DNA of 64,000 bases, taken from Myxococcota bacterium (lineage in GTDB: Bacteria > Myxococcota_A > UBA9160 > SZUA-336). Below the pieces are notes generated by a model that searched no databases, had not been told where the DNA came from, and saw nothing but the letters and a program-made list of their open reading frames with translations. The stretch lies in assembly GCA_965247115.1 (NCBI GenBank), contig CBDFGR010000002.1:512001-576000 (forward strand), in the 5' to 3' direction. Positions 1-10,019 of the stretch are shown piece after piece (position 1 is the stretch's first letter; the number at the start of each line of letters is the position of its first letter). The position numbers and the translations under genes were made by a program.

Positions 1-1
1 G

Positions 2-151
2 TCCTCCGTCGGCGGCTTCGTCGCCGCATCGATCGCTGACGTGCTCGGTGCGCCGTTCGCCGTAGCGCTCGGCGCGCTCTCGGTTTCGGGCTTCGCGCTG
101 ATCGTCTACGTGGCCTTCGCGGAGGTTCGAAACGGCGAACTCAGCGCGTGA
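2..151 (+). CDS. C-terminal end of a membrane protein, probably an MFS transporter (5' truncated by window edge)
   Basis: Frame 2 reads SSVGGFVAASIADVLGAPFAVALGALSVSGFALIVYVAFAEVRNGELSA*, two hydrophobic helices typical of the last MFS helices. Confidence 0.65.
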   Translation, partial: SSVGGFVAASIADVLGAPFAVALGALSVSGFALIVYVAFAEVRNGELSA

Positions 152-185
152 TACGATCGGCGCCACCGCGCCAGAGGAGACCCGC

Positions 186-656
186 GTGCCCATCCAGGAA
201 GGAAAGCCAGCGCCCGCCTTCACGTTGAAGAACGCGAGCGGCAAGAGCGTCGCGCTCAAGGACCTTCGCGGCAAAGACGTGATCGTCTATTTCTATCCCA
301 GGGATGACACGCCGGGCTGTACCAAGGAAGCTCAGGGCTTCCGTGACCTGGCAAAGCAGCTCGAGAAGCGGAACGCCGTGGTGCTGGGCATCTCGCCCGA
401 CGACGCGGCGTCTCACGCGAAGTTCAGCAGCAAGTACGAGCTCCCCTTCACCTTGCTCTCGGATCCTGACCGGAAGGTGATGATGAAGTACGACGCCTTC
501 GGAGAGAAGATGATGTACGGCAAGAAGACCACCGGGGTGATTCGCTCCACGGTTTGGGTCGGACCGGACGGCAAGGTGAAGAAGCACTGGGCCCGCGTCG
601 CAAAGGCCGCTGATCATCCCGCGAAAGTGCTCGAAGCGCTCGAGGCGGAGGCCTGA
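186..656 (+). CDS. bcp: Peroxiredoxin, BCP/PrxQ family
   Basis: YFYPRDDTPGCTKEA peroxidatic motif; GGAG RBS upstream; only one Cys. Confidence 0.93.
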   Translation: MPIQEGKPAPAFTLKNASGKSVALKDLRGKDVIVYFYPRDDTPGCTKEAQGFRDLAKQLEKRNAVVLGISPDDAASHAKFSSKYELPFTLLSDPDRKVMMKYDAFGEKMMYGKKTTGVIRSTVWVGPDGKVKKHWARVAKAADHPAKVLEALEAEA

Positions 657-664
657 CACCAGGC

Positions 665-1645
665 ATGCGGCACATCATTTACGGGGCCGGGGCCATCGGC
701 GGCTCGGTGGGAGCCAGGCTCCACCAGCACGGTCACGACGTAGTTCTCATCGCGAGAGGGGCGCACCTGCAGGCGCTCCAGGAACGCGGGCTCGTCTTCA
801 AGACTCCCGACGAGACGGTCACGCTCCCGATTCCGACGGTGGGGCATCCCTCCGAGCTCCGCTTCCAGGACGGCGACGTCGTGTACCTGTGCATGAAGTC
901 CCAGCACACCCTCTCCGCACTCGAGGATCTTCGAGCGGCTGCAGACGACGAGCTTCCCGTGATCTGCTGCCAGAACGGGGTGGCCAACGAGCGCATGGCG
1001 CTGCGTCACTTCCAGCGGGTGTACGGCATGATGGTATTCCTGCCAGCCACGCACCTCGAGCCAGGTGTCGTACTGCTGAACTTGAAGGAAACCAGCGGAG
1101 TCCTCGACGTGGGCCTCTATCCCTCTGGCACCGACGAGCGGATCGAAGAGGTCGCGACGACGCTCGAAGACGCGACGTTCACCGCCCGCGCCGACCCGGC
1201 GGTGATGAGGCTAAAGTACGCCAAGCTGATCGGGAACCTGAACAACGCCCTGCAGGCAGCGTGTGATGCGGGACGGGATGGCCAGGACATCTCGAAGCAG
1301 CTCGGGGACGAGGCGCGTGCCTGCTTCCAGGCGGCGGAGATCGACTGCGCCGGGCAGGAGGAGTTCCGGAAGCGCCGGGAGGGCTTGGTCAAGATCGCCC
1401 TTGTCCCTGGCCAGGAGCGCTTCGCAGGATCCTCCTGGCAGAGCGCGGTGCGCGGCGTGGGCTCGATCGAAGCGGACTGGCTGAACGGGGAGATCGTTCA
1501 GCTCGGGCGACTTCACGGCGTGCCGACCCCAGCCAACCGAGCGCTGCAGCAGATCGCCAACGAGCTGGCCCGCGCGCAAGGCAAGCCCGGCAGCGTGTCG
1601 CTCGACGCCGTCCGAGCGCGCATCGAAGAGGCCCGGGCCGGGTAG
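665..1645 (+). CDS. Ketopantoate reductase (PanE/ApbA) family protein
   Basis: GAGAIGG Rossmann motif, QNG, KL..NL, SSWQS..RG..SIEADWLNGEIV. Confidence 0.88.
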   Translation: MRHIIYGAGAIGGSVGARLHQHGHDVVLIARGAHLQALQERGLVFKTPDETVTLPIPTVGHPSELRFQDGDVVYLCMKSQHTLSALEDLRAAADDELPVICCQNGVANERMALRHFQRVYGMMVFLPATHLEPGVVLLNLKETSGVLDVGLYPSGTDERIEEVATTLEDATFTARADPAVMRLKYAKLIGNLNNALQAACDAGRDGQDISKQLGDEARACFQAAEIDCAGQEEFRKRREGLVKIALVPGQERFAGSSWQSAVRGVGSIEADWLNGEIVQLGRLHGVPTPANRALQQIANELARAQGKPGSVSLDAVRARIEEARAG

Positions 1646-1761
1646 GCCCAACAGCAGGCAATCGGAACTCGCGCGGACTCCTCGGTCCCCTTGCGCCAGC
1701 TCTCCCGGGCGGGCTTTGGAGAATCGGCACCCGGCCGATATCCGAGCTGAGGACCTGCGTA

Positions 1762-3636
1762 GTGCTCCGAATCGCCATCCACGCCGAAGACATGAAGCCT
1801 CGCGTCTTCGAGTTCGACTCTGCTGAACGCGTGTCGTTCGGGCGGGCTCCGGAGAACCAGATCGTCCTCGATCCCACCTATGTCTCCCGCTTCCATGGCG
1901 AGTTCGTGAAGGAGGACGACCAGTGGACGGTCGTCGATCTCGGCTCACGAACGGGGCTCCGCGTCGTGCAGCCCGATTCGCCGGAGTCGCCCCGCGAGCT
2001 CCACGAGGGCGATCGTATGGTGCTGCGAGGGGGCGAGACTATCCACATTCTCTACACGGTGCTCCAGATCGAGCTCAAGCCGGCTCTCGACGCCGGGGAC
2101 TCGAGCCTGGACGAGGGGTCACAGACGTTCACCCTCTCGCCCATCGCGTCCACCAAGCTCTCAGAGGCAGCAACGCTTCCGGATAATCTTCGTTCCGACA
2201 GCCACAAGCTGGAGCTCCTGCTCGAGCTGGCAAAGGACCTCTCGCGCCTGGATCGGCTCCACGAAGTGCTGGAGCGCATCGGGCTCACGGTGTTCGAGGC
2301 GCTGCCGTCCGCCACCCACTTCTCCATCTGCGTCCCCTCCCGAACCGGCGCGTTCACGCCCATATTCGGGACGCTCCGCGACGGCTCCGCGGTGCCGCGC
2401 GAGGAAATACGCGTATCGCAATCGATCCTCGGCCAGGCGGTGGAGCGCCAGATCGCCATGCTGTTCGATCCCGCGCAGCTGGGCGCCTCCATGTCGGAGA
2501 GCATCGTCCTCAACCAGATCGCCTCGTCGATCGCCGTGCCGCTGCGCGGCTCGCGCGAACACATCGGTGTGATCCAGATCGACAATCGCGCCTCGAGCCT
2601 CCCGTTCAGCCAGCGGGACCTGGACTACACCATCGCGATCGCGAGCAGCGCCGCGTTCTCGCTCGAGCGGGCCCAGTTCCAGGCGGACATCCAGCGCATG
2701 TTCGAGGGCTTCGTGGATGCCAGCATCACCGCCATCGAGGCTCGCGACCCGACGACGAGCGGTCACTCGCGCCGCGTCGCCGCCTTCTCCGTTGCCCTGG
2801 CGAGAGCGGTGAGCCGCACGCGCGCGGGACCGCTCGCCGGCAACGAGTTCAGAGAAGCCCAGCTCACAGAGCTCTCCTACGCCGCGCTGCTGCACGACTT
2901 CGGGAAGGTCGGAGTGGCGGAGTGCGTGCTGACCAAGGCGAACCGCCTCTATCCCGAGCAGCTGGAGCAGGTCCTGCTGCGCTCCCGCTTGATCCGTGCC
3001 GCTTCCCGGAACGCGTTTCTGGACGACGCGCTTGCCAACCACGTCCCGCGAGACGAGGCCCTGGAGCGGTTCGAGAGCGAGATGGCGGAGACCAGCCAGC
3101 GCCTGGACGAGGCTCTGGAGCTGATTCAAGAGGTGAACGCGGCGGGCTATCTGAGCGACGAGCTCCTGGAGCGGATCCAGCAGGTCGGAAAGATGAGCTT
3201 CCCCGACGATACGGGACAGCACATGCCCCTCATCACCGCCGAGGAGCTCACGTCTCTCTCGGTGCGCAGGGGCACGCTCACAAAGGAGGAGCGCAGGGCG
3301 ATCGAGTCCCACGTGATCCAGTCGTTCCGCGTGCTCGAGCAAATCCCCTGGTCGGCGGACCTCGAGAACGTGCCCTCGATCGTGCTCGCGCATCACGAGA
3401 AGCTCGACGGCTCGGGCTACCCGCAGGGCCTCAAGGCCTCGCAGATCCCGATCCGGGCGCGCCTGCTCACCGTCTGCGACATCTTCGACGCGGTCACCGC
3501 ATCCGACCGCCCATATCGCTCGGCCATGCCCATCGAGGGCGGGATCGACATCCTGCGCAGCGAGGCGGAGTCCGGCGAGATCGACACCGATCTCGTCGAG
3601 CTCTTCATCGACGCCCGCATCTGGGAACCTCGCTAG
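1762..3636 (+). CDS. FHA-GAF-HD-GYP cyclic dinucleotide phosphodiesterase
   Basis: FHA (FGR..., VSRFH, DLGS..G), GAF (IAVPL...IGVIQID...FSQRDL), HD-GYP (EARDPTTSGHS, LLHDFGK, HHEKLDGSGYPQGL, DRPYR). Confidence 0.9.
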   Translation: MLRIAIHAEDMKPRVFEFDSAERVSFGRAPENQIVLDPTYVSRFHGEFVKEDDQWTVVDLGSRTGLRVVQPDSPESPRELHEGDRMVLRGGETIHILYTVLQIELKPALDAGDSSLDEGSQTFTLSPIASTKLSEAATLPDNLRSDSHKLELLLELAKDLSRLDRLHEVLERIGLTVFEALPSATHFSICVPSRTGAFTPIFGTLRDGSAVPREEIRVSQSILGQAVERQIAMLFDPAQLGASMSESIVLNQIASSIAVPLRGSREHIGVIQIDNRASSLPFSQRDLDYTIAIASSAAFSLERAQFQADIQRMFEGFVDASITAIEARDPTTSGHSRRVAAFSVALARAVSRTRAGPLAGNEFREAQLTELSYAALLHDFGKVGVAECVLTKANRLYPEQLEQVLLRSRLIRAASRNAFLDDALANHVPRDEALERFESEMAETSQRLDEALELIQEVNAAGYLSDELLERIQQVGKMSFPDDTGQHMPLITAEELTSLSVRRGTLTKEERRAIESHVIQSFRVLEQIPWSADLENVPSIVLAHHEKLDGSGYPQGLKASQIPIRARLLTVCDIFDAVTASDRPYRSAMPIEGGIDILRSEAESGEIDTDLVELFIDARIWEPR

Positions 3637-3677
3637 CGGAAACCCGGCAGCGTGGTTCTCATGGTATTCTGCGCGCC

Positions 3678-5108
3678 ATGGGTGCATTTGCGGAGTATGA
3701 GAGTTACGACGCTGTGGGGCTGGCCGAGCTCGTCGCGAAGGGTGAGGTGTCGGCCGAAGATCTGCTCGACTCGGCGATCGCGCGCGCGGAGGAGCACAAC
3801 CCGACGCTGAACGCTGTCGTGATCACGCTGTACGACGAGGCAAGGGCAGCGGTCCGGGCCGGGCTGCCGAGCGGACCGTTGCGGGGGGTGCCCTACCTGC
3901 TCAAGGATCTCGGTGCCCACTACGGTGGGGCGCGGATGACTTCCGGCAGTCGCTTCTTCAAGGACTACGTGTCGGACCACGACAGCGAGCTCACGGCGCG
4001 CTACAAGCGCGCGGGGCTGGTGGTGTTCGGGCGCAGCGCCTCGCCGGAGTTCGGACTCACCTGCACGACCGAGTCGACGTTGTTCGGACAGACCCGAAAC
4101 CCGTGGAGCCTGGAGCACACGGCGGGCGGATCCTCAGGGGGTGCCGCCTCGGCCGTGGCAGCCGGCATCCTCCCCAGCGCGCATGCCAGCGACGGTGGAG
4201 GCTCGATCCGGATCCCGGCGTCGTGCTGCGGCCTCGTCGGCCTGAAGCCCACGCGGGCGCGCAATCCGCTCGGACCTGATGTCGGCGAGAACTGGAGCGG
4301 GATGAGCACGGTGCACGCCGTCACACGCTCGGTTCGGGATAGCGCCGTCCTGCTCGACGCCACGCACGGCCCCGCGCCGGGCGATCCGTACTACGCCCCC
4401 GCGCCAGACCGCCCCTTCGCGGCGGAAGTCGGCCGCTCGCCGGGAAAGCTGCGGGTCGCGCTCCAGACCCAGACCTTCAACGGGGCCGAGACCCACCCGG
4501 ATTGCGTCTCGGCCGCCGCCGACGCTGCGAAGCTCTGCGCCGAGCTGGGCCATGAGGTGAGCGAGGCGACCCTCCGCGTCGACTCGGAGGAGCTCGCGCG
4601 AGCAACGGGCGCCATCGTGAGCGGGAACATCCTGTTCCTCCTCGAAGACCGCGCGCGGACCCTCGGGCGTTCCCTTGCCGAGGGCGACGTCGAGCCCCTG
4701 ACCTACCAGATGGCGCGGCGCGCGGAGTCCGCTGGCGCCGCCCGCTACGCCCGCTCGATCCGCGCAATCCATGCCGCGGGGCGCCAGGTCGCGGCCTTCC
4801 TCGAGCGCTACGACGTCCTGCTCACACCGACCATCGCCACGCCGCCGCTCCCGCTGGGCGGCGCGCTGACCTTGACCCACCCCGATCCCGAAGAGCATCT
4901 CGCCAGCCTGGTGCGAATGATCGGCTTCACCCAGCTCTTCAACGCGTCGGGGAACCCGGCGATCTCCGTACCGCTTTGCTGGAACGAGGCTGGACTCCCG
5001 ATCGGCGTGCAGCTCGCGGCGCGCTTTGGCGACGAGGCGACGCTGCTGCGCCTCGCCGCGCAGCTCGAGGAGGCGCGTCCCTGGTTCGAGCGGCGCCCGC
5101 CGCGCTAG
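3678..5108 (+). CDS. Amidase signature family amidase
   Basis: [21 protein letters not shown] catalytic motifs; ATG at 3678 preferred to the long 2922 extension that overlaps the HD-GYP gene. Confidence 0.92.
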   Translation: MGAFAEYESYDAVGLAELVAKGEVSAEDLLDSAIARAEEHNPTLNAVVITLYDEARAAVRAGLPSGPLRGVPYLLKDLGAHYGGARMTSGSRFFKDYVSDHDSELTARYKRAGLVVFGRSASPEFGLTCTTESTLFGQTRNPWSLEHTAGGSSGGAASAVAAGILPSAHASDGGGSIRIPASCCGLVGLKPTRARNPLGPDVGENWSGMSTVHAVTRSVRDSAVLLDATHGPAPGDPYYAPAPDRPFAAEVGRSPGKLRVALQTQTFNGAETHPDCVSAAADAAKLCAELGHEVSEATLRVDSEELARATGAIVSGNILFLLEDRARTLGRSLAEGDVEPLTYQMARRAESAGAARYARSIRAIHAAGRQVAAFLERYDVLLTPTIATPPLPLGGALTLTHPDPEEHLASLVRMIGFTQLFNASGNPAISVPLCWNEAGLPIGVQLAARFGDEATLLRLAAQLEEARPWFERRPPR

Positions 5109-5111
5109 GGC

Positions 5112-5990
5112 TCAGAGCGCCTTCGCGGGCTCGAGGAGAGTCGTCACGAGCTCGTCGAGCCTCTTCCGAACGGCGTCGGCGTCGCGCGCGAGCGCGCCCA
5201 CAATGACCTGGTCGGCGCCTGCCTCGGCAAAGCGCGCCAGGTCGTCCGCGTCGACCACCTGACCCGGCGCGGCCACGCTGATCTCCACGTCGCTGCGCGT
5301 CCTGCCCCGCGCTGCGAGCAGCTCGTCGAGCCGGCGCATGCGAGAGGCGAACTCCTCTGGCGTGAGGTTGAAGCCGTACCAGCCCTGCCCGATGTCCACT
5401 ACCCGGCGCAGCGCCGCGTCACTCTCACCGCCGAAGTGGATGGGTGGGTGCGGCGACTGCACGGGCTTCGGATACTGGCGACAGGCGGGCAGCTCGTAGA
5501 ACTCGTCCTTGTACTCCGACACCTCGTCGCACCAGAGGCTTCGCATCACCTCCAGGTACGAGCGGCAGCGGGAGCCGCGATGCTCGAACGGAACCTCGAG
5601 CGCGCGGAACTCCTCCGCCAGCCAGCCCACACCCACGCCGAGGTCCAGACGACCGCCCGATAGCCAGTCGACATTCGTCGCTTCCTTCGCGGTGTAGACG
5701 GGGTTCCGCTGCGGCACGAGGCAGATGCCGGTCCCGAGCCGGATGCGTTCGGTGACCGCGGCTACGAAGGCGAGGCCCGTGAAGGGCTCGAGAATCCCCT
5801 GCTCGCTGGAGATCCGGATCCGGCCGTCCTCGGCATACGGGTAGCGCGAGCAGTACTCGTCGAACAGCACCACGTGCTCGGCGACCCAGAGCGAGTGGAA
5901 ACCACGCTCGTCGGCTGCGCGGCCGACCGCCTGGATGTAGTCCGGCGTGCAGAGCGGGCTTGCAAACGGTGCGAACAGTCCAACGCGCAT
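5112..5990 (-). CDS. LLM-class (probably F420-dependent) oxidoreductase
   Basis: GFHSLWVAEH, TERIRLGTGI, LSGGRLDLGVGVGW, PKPVQSPHPPIHFGG. Confidence 0.9.
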   Translation of the reverse strand: MRVGLFAPFASPLCTPDYIQAVGRAADERGFHSLWVAEHVVLFDEYCSRYPYAEDGRIRISSEQGILEPFTGLAFVAAVTERIRLGTGICLVPQRNPVYTAKEATNVDWLSGGRLDLGVGVGWLAEEFRALEVPFEHRGSRCRSYLEVMRSLWCDEVSEYKDEFYELPACRQYPKPVQSPHPPIHFGGESDAALRRVVDIGQGWYGFNLTPEEFASRMRRLDELLAARGRTRSDVEISVAAPGQVVDADDLARFAEAGADQVIVGALARDADAVRKRLDELVTTLLEPAKAL

Positions 5991-6067
5991 GGCGACCTCC
6001 CGAGAGCTCGAGTGAGAGAGCGGGCCAGCAGTGTATCATCGGGCCGCGGCGGCGACGGAGGTCTGGA

Positions 6068-6919
6068 ATGAGGACGAGTGCGAGAGCCTTGTCCCTGCTC
6101 TTGCTACTTCTGGGACCGGCCTGTAGCGCCGAGCCGGGCGGGCGAGAGCTCCTGCTCGCCACCACTACGAGCCTGCAGGACTCCGGTCTGCTCGACGCGC
6201 TGCTGCCACGCTTCCGCGAGCAGAACGGCATTGCGGTGCGCACGATAGCGGTGGGCACCGGAGCCGCGCTGCGCATGGGTCAGGAGGGCAACGTCGACAT
6301 CCTGCTGACCCACGCACCGGAGGCGGAGCAGGAGCTCGTGGACTCGGGTGCCGTGCTGGGGCGGCGTCCGCTCATGGAGAACTTCTTCGTGCTCGCGGGC
6401 CCAGCGCCAGACCCGTTCGGCATCGCGAGCGCCGGCTCCGCCGCCGCGGCCTTCCAGCGGCTGTGGCGCGAGCACGCTCCCTACGTGAGCCGAGGCGACG
6501 ACTCGGGTACGCACAAGCGCGAGCTCGCGCTACTTCGGGCCGCTGGCCTCGAGGCCGTGGGAGACTGGGAAGACTACGTTCGAACGGGCTCGGGCATGGG
6601 GCTGTCACTTCAAGTCGCGGGCGAGAGACAGGCCTACATCCTGTCGGATATGGGCACGTTTCTGGCCTTCGAGGAACGCACGAAGCTGGCCTCCCTCTCG
6701 CGCGAGGAGCCGGCGCTCCGGAACGTCTACTCGGTGCTGCGGGTGAGCCCGGAACGCTTTCCAGGACGCATCCGGAGCGAGTCCGCCCTCGAGCTCGAGC
6801 GCTTCCTCGTGAGCCGAGACGTCCAGCTGCGAATCGCGACGTTCGGTCGCGAGCGCTTCGGACAGCCGCTCTTCCGCCCGCTCGCGGGCGCGGCGGAAGA
6901 CGGAGCGGACGTTGACTGA
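6068..6919 (+). CDS. tupA: Tungstate ABC transporter substrate-binding protein
   Basis: ATTTSLQDSGLLD (TTTS motif), GTGAAL, SRGDDSGTHKRE; N-terminal signal/lipobox. Confidence 0.9.
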   Translation: MRTSARALSLLLLLLGPACSAEPGGRELLLATTTSLQDSGLLDALLPRFREQNGIAVRTIAVGTGAALRMGQEGNVDILLTHAPEAEQELVDSGAVLGRRPLMENFFVLAGPAPDPFGIASAGSAAAAFQRLWREHAPYVSRGDDSGTHKRELALLRAAGLEAVGDWEDYVRTGSGMGLSLQVAGERQAYILSDMGTFLAFEERTKLASLSREEPALRNVYSVLRVSPERFPGRIRSESALELERFLVSRDVQLRIATFGRERFGQPLFRPLAGAAEDGADVD

Positions 6920-7568
6920 GCTCGACCCGACCCTGGTCCTGGAGATCACGGCCCGCACGCTCGGCGTGAGCTTCGCAGCCCTCGCAATCTCCGTCGTGCT
7001 CGGCGTCCCCGTCGGCATCTGGGTGGGCAGCCGGCGCTTCGCCGGCCGTGGCGCCCTGGTGAGCGCCATCAACTCGGGCATGGGAGCACCACCGGTGGTG
7101 GTCGGACTTGCGGTGGCGCTCTTGCTCTGGCGCACGGGCCCGCTCGGCAGCTTCGGCCTGATGTACTCGCGCGAGGCCATCATCCTGGCACAGGTGCTGA
7201 TCGCCCTGCCCCTGGTCGTGGGCATCACACTGGCCGCGGTGGGCGCGCTCGACGCGGAGTGGTCGCTGCAGGTGCGCACCCTCGGGCTGTCGCTGCCATG
7301 GCGCACCTGGCTGCTCTTGCGGGAGATCCGTCTGGGCCTGTTGGCGGCCGTGATCGCCGCGCTTGGCGCGATCCTCTCCGAGGTGGGGGCGGTGATGATG
7401 GTCGGCGGCAACCTCGAAGGCGAGACGCGCGTATTGACGACATCGATCTTCATGTACACACGTATGGGACAGTTCGAGACCGCGATCGGTCTTGGCGCCG
7501 TGCTGGTCGGGCTCATGCTGCTCCTGGCCGGCCTGCTGACTGCGGTCCAGCAGGGCGGGCGCAGATGA
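6912..7568 (+). CDS. tupB: Tungstate ABC transporter permease
   Basis: PPVVVGL, GPLG, SEVGAVMMVGGNL..ETRVLTT; overlaps tupA stop. Confidence 0.9.
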   Translation: MTELDPTLVLEITARTLGVSFAALAISVVLGVPVGIWVGSRRFAGRGALVSAINSGMGAPPVVVGLAVALLLWRTGPLGSFGLMYSREAIILAQVLIALPLVVGITLAAVGALDAEWSLQVRTLGLSLPWRTWLLLREIRLGLLAAVIAALGAILSEVGAVMMVGGNLEGETRVLTTSIFMYTRMGQFETAIGLGAVLVGLMLLLAGLLTAVQQGGRR

Positions 7569-8647
7569 GCGCGCCTGTTCTGTCCGCACGTGACCTCTTT
7601 GTGCGGCGGCGTTCGCCCAGCGGCAGCTTCGAGCTTCGCGTCGCAAGCCTCGAGCTCTTTGCGGGAGAGGCTCTCGCGATCCTTGGCCCGAACGGTGCGG
7701 GCAAGACGACCCTGCTGCAGGCGCTCGCCGGGCTGGAACGCCCCGAGAGCGGTCAGATCACGCGCGCAGCCTCAGGCCCCGTCACCATGGCGTTCCAGCG
7801 GCCCATCGCCTTCGAGGGAAGCGTGGAGCACAACGTGAGGGCCGCGCTCTTGAGCTCGGGGCTTTCCGCCTCAGACCGGCGCCTGCGCGTGGCCGAGGCG
7901 CTGGGACGCTTCGGGATTGAGCGGCTGGCCCGGCGCCGCGCCAGACAGCTCTCCGGCGGGGAGCTGCGGCGTCTGGCACTGGCCCGAGCCTTCGCCTTGC
8001 GCCCGGCGGTGCTGCTGCTGGACGAGCCCTTCGACGATCTCGACGCAGCGGCGCAGGAAGCGCTGTCCCTCGACCTGCGCCGGGCCATGGACGAGACGGA
8101 GGTCGCACTCGCCGTCGTCACACACGACTTGCGTCGCGCGGCGCTCATCTCGGACCGGATCGCCGCACTGATCGGGGGACGCATCCAGCAGCTCGATCTA
8201 CGCGATGAAGTACTGCGGCGACCGGCCACGCTCGCGGTAGCCCGTCTGGTGGGCATGTCGAACCTGATCCCCGGGACCGTACTCGACTCGCCGGGAAGAG
8301 AGCAGGTTCGGGTCGAGATAGACAGCGCTCACCAGATCGATGTTCCCGCTGCACTGCCCGGTGGGAGCGCCGTGTGGCTGGGAATCCGCCCCGAGCACCT
8401 CAAGCTCGACGTTGGAGGTGGCGGCGGCACACCAATCGGCAAGGGGGTCATACGCCAGCTCGTCTCGGATGGGGTGCTGACGCGCGTCAGCCTGGACTGG
8501 GCCGGCTTCGAGCTGCGCACGCACCTGGTCGCCGGGAGAGGTCTCGCGCGCAGCCTCTCCTCGGGGGACTCGGTCACCCTGTCGGTTCGGGCCCACGACC
8601 TGCACCTGATCCAGCGTGCGCCGGAGCAGGTCGAGTTCAGAAGCTGA
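7565..8647 (+). CDS. tupC: Tungstate ABC transporter ATPase with C-terminal TOBE-like region
   Basis: GPNGAGKT, LSGGE, LLLDEP, VTHD; ATGA overlap with tupB. Confidence 0.85.
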   Translation: MSAPVLSARDLFVRRRSPSGSFELRVASLELFAGEALAILGPNGAGKTTLLQALAGLERPESGQITRAASGPVTMAFQRPIAFEGSVEHNVRAALLSSGLSASDRRLRVAEALGRFGIERLARRRARQLSGGELRRLALARAFALRPAVLLLDEPFDDLDAAAQEALSLDLRRAMDETEVALAVVTHDLRRAALISDRIAALIGGRIQQLDLRDEVLRRPATLAVARLVGMSNLIPGTVLDSPGREQVRVEIDSAHQIDVPAALPGGSAVWLGIRPEHLKLDVGGGGGTPIGKGVIRQLVSDGVLTRVSLDWAGFELRTHLVAGRGLARSLSSGDSVTLSVRAHDLHLIQRAPEQVEFRS

Positions 8648-9821
8648 CCGAGAGGCTCTCATCCGCCGGCGACCAGAGCTGGCGGCGTTTCCTCGAGAAA
8701 TGGAGGGGCTTGCCGTCGAAGCCGTCCGGCGGCAGGGCGGGCATGTAGTTCGGAACCAGCGCGCCGAGACCTTCGGGCAGCCGGCCTCGCTCGGCCTGGT
8801 ACGCCTCGACGGCAAGGCGGGTCTGGAGCAGTGAGATGCGCGTGTCGGTCTGGCAGCGCGCTTGCTCGGCGCTGCGGAAGTCGGGCGCCAGGATCGCCAT
8901 GTAGAGCTGCCCGACGCCGTTCGGTGCGACGAGCTGACGCCATCCGGTGTAGGTATAGCGACTCGCCAGCTCGCGGGCGGCCGAGAGCTCCGAGCAGACC
9001 CGCGGCGCGTCGGCCTGAAGCGCGCGGAAGTACTCTGCCAGCTCCTTGAAGGTCCGGTTCGGGTGGAAGATGTACGAGTCCGGTGCCAGCCGGATCGCCT
9101 GACGGCTCAGGCCGCTGAAGGCACCGACCCCGGCGTCACGGTCCGCGAAGCCCGACTCGAAGGCGCGAACGGCGCCGATCTTGATCGACTGGTACTCCGT
9201 CGCCCACATGCGGCTGCGCGCGTCGGGGTTACTGCGGAGCGCCTCGACCTGTCGGATCAGCCGGCGCGCCCTGCCCGGCTCCAGCGGCCTGCGATTCACC
9301 GTATCCTCGAGCGATTCCAGGCCGATCCCTTTGATCGTGATGCCAGCCTTCGCGTGGGCCAGAGCGGCGCCCCGCGCCCCTTCGATCAACCTGCCCAGCC
9401 TGAGGATGGCGATCCCGTCGGCCAGGGCTAGGCGCTGCTGCGCGTAGTCCGTGCGCAGCCACGCCCGCTGACCCAGGAGCTCCGCGATGTTGATCCAGCG
9501 TGAGACGTCGGGCGACTCGTCGCCGGGGCCGAGATACGGGGGAAACTGCATGTCCGGGGCCGCCAGCAGATGCACCAGGTGCTTGAGGGCGTAGCGGTTC
9601 TGGTCCAGCAGCTCCGGGGAAACTGCGGCTCCTTCGGGCCACTCGAGCTCCGCGGCGGTACGGGCCAGGTAGGTGTAGCCATTGTCCTCTTCCGAGAGGG
9701 TCTTCAGCTTGACGCGCAGATCCGAGTCCGCGGTCTCTTCCAGGTCCCTGCCCTGGTACACCATCCAGCTCGGCACGGCGCAGACCAAAAGCAGTAACGC
9801 GAGGCTCAGGAACAGCTTCAC
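8637..9821 (-). CDS. Membrane-anchored helical hypothetical protein with pseudopilin-like C-terminal motif
   Basis: GTG start after GGGAGG; N-terminal hydrophobic helix; C-terminal AVEAYQAERGRLPEGLGALVPNYMPALPPDGFDG. Confidence 0.7.
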   Translation of the reverse strand: MKLFLSLALLLLVCAVPSWMVYQGRDLEETADSDLRVKLKTLSEEDNGYTYLARTAAELEWPEGAAVSPELLDQNRYALKHLVHLLAAPDMQFPPYLGPGDESPDVSRWINIAELLGQRAWLRTDYAQQRLALADGIAILRLGRLIEGARGAALAHAKAGITIKGIGLESLEDTVNRRPLEPGRARRLIRQVEALRSNPDARSRMWATEYQSIKIGAVRAFESGFADRDAGVGAFSGLSRQAIRLAPDSYIFHPNRTFKELAEYFRALQADAPRVCSELSAARELASRYTYTGWRQLVAPNGVGQLYMAILAPDFRSAEQARCQTDTRISLLQTRLAVEAYQAERGRLPEGLGALVPNYMPALPPDGFDGKPLHFSRKRRQLWSPADESLSVSF

Positions 9822-9841
9822 GTGTCGACCCTCCCGACGGC

Positions 9842-9870
9842 CTATCGGCCCCGGGAGAGCCCCTACTTGA
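9842..9870 (-). promoter_or_regulatory. Putative sigma-28 (FliA/SigD-type) promoter
   Basis: Minus strand TCAAG-N16-GCCGATAG just upstream of the RBS of 8637..9821. Confidence 0.55.
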
Positions 9871-10019
9871 GAGCCCCGGAACTTCTGGCCGATCCGGGGG
9901 TCACACGCGCCACTGCTACCCAACGCCCCGGGATCCGCACGTCGGAGAAGGAGGCCTAGCGCACTGGATCGCAGCTGCTCGGCTAGAATGCGCAAGGTCT
10001 CGCGGCGGAGGCGGCCGGG

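Noticed and set aside
2922..3677. 728-aa extended amidase ORF
   Set aside because: The extension overlaps the HD-GYP gene in another frame and is Arg/Ala/Gly noise; ATG 3678 fits the family start.
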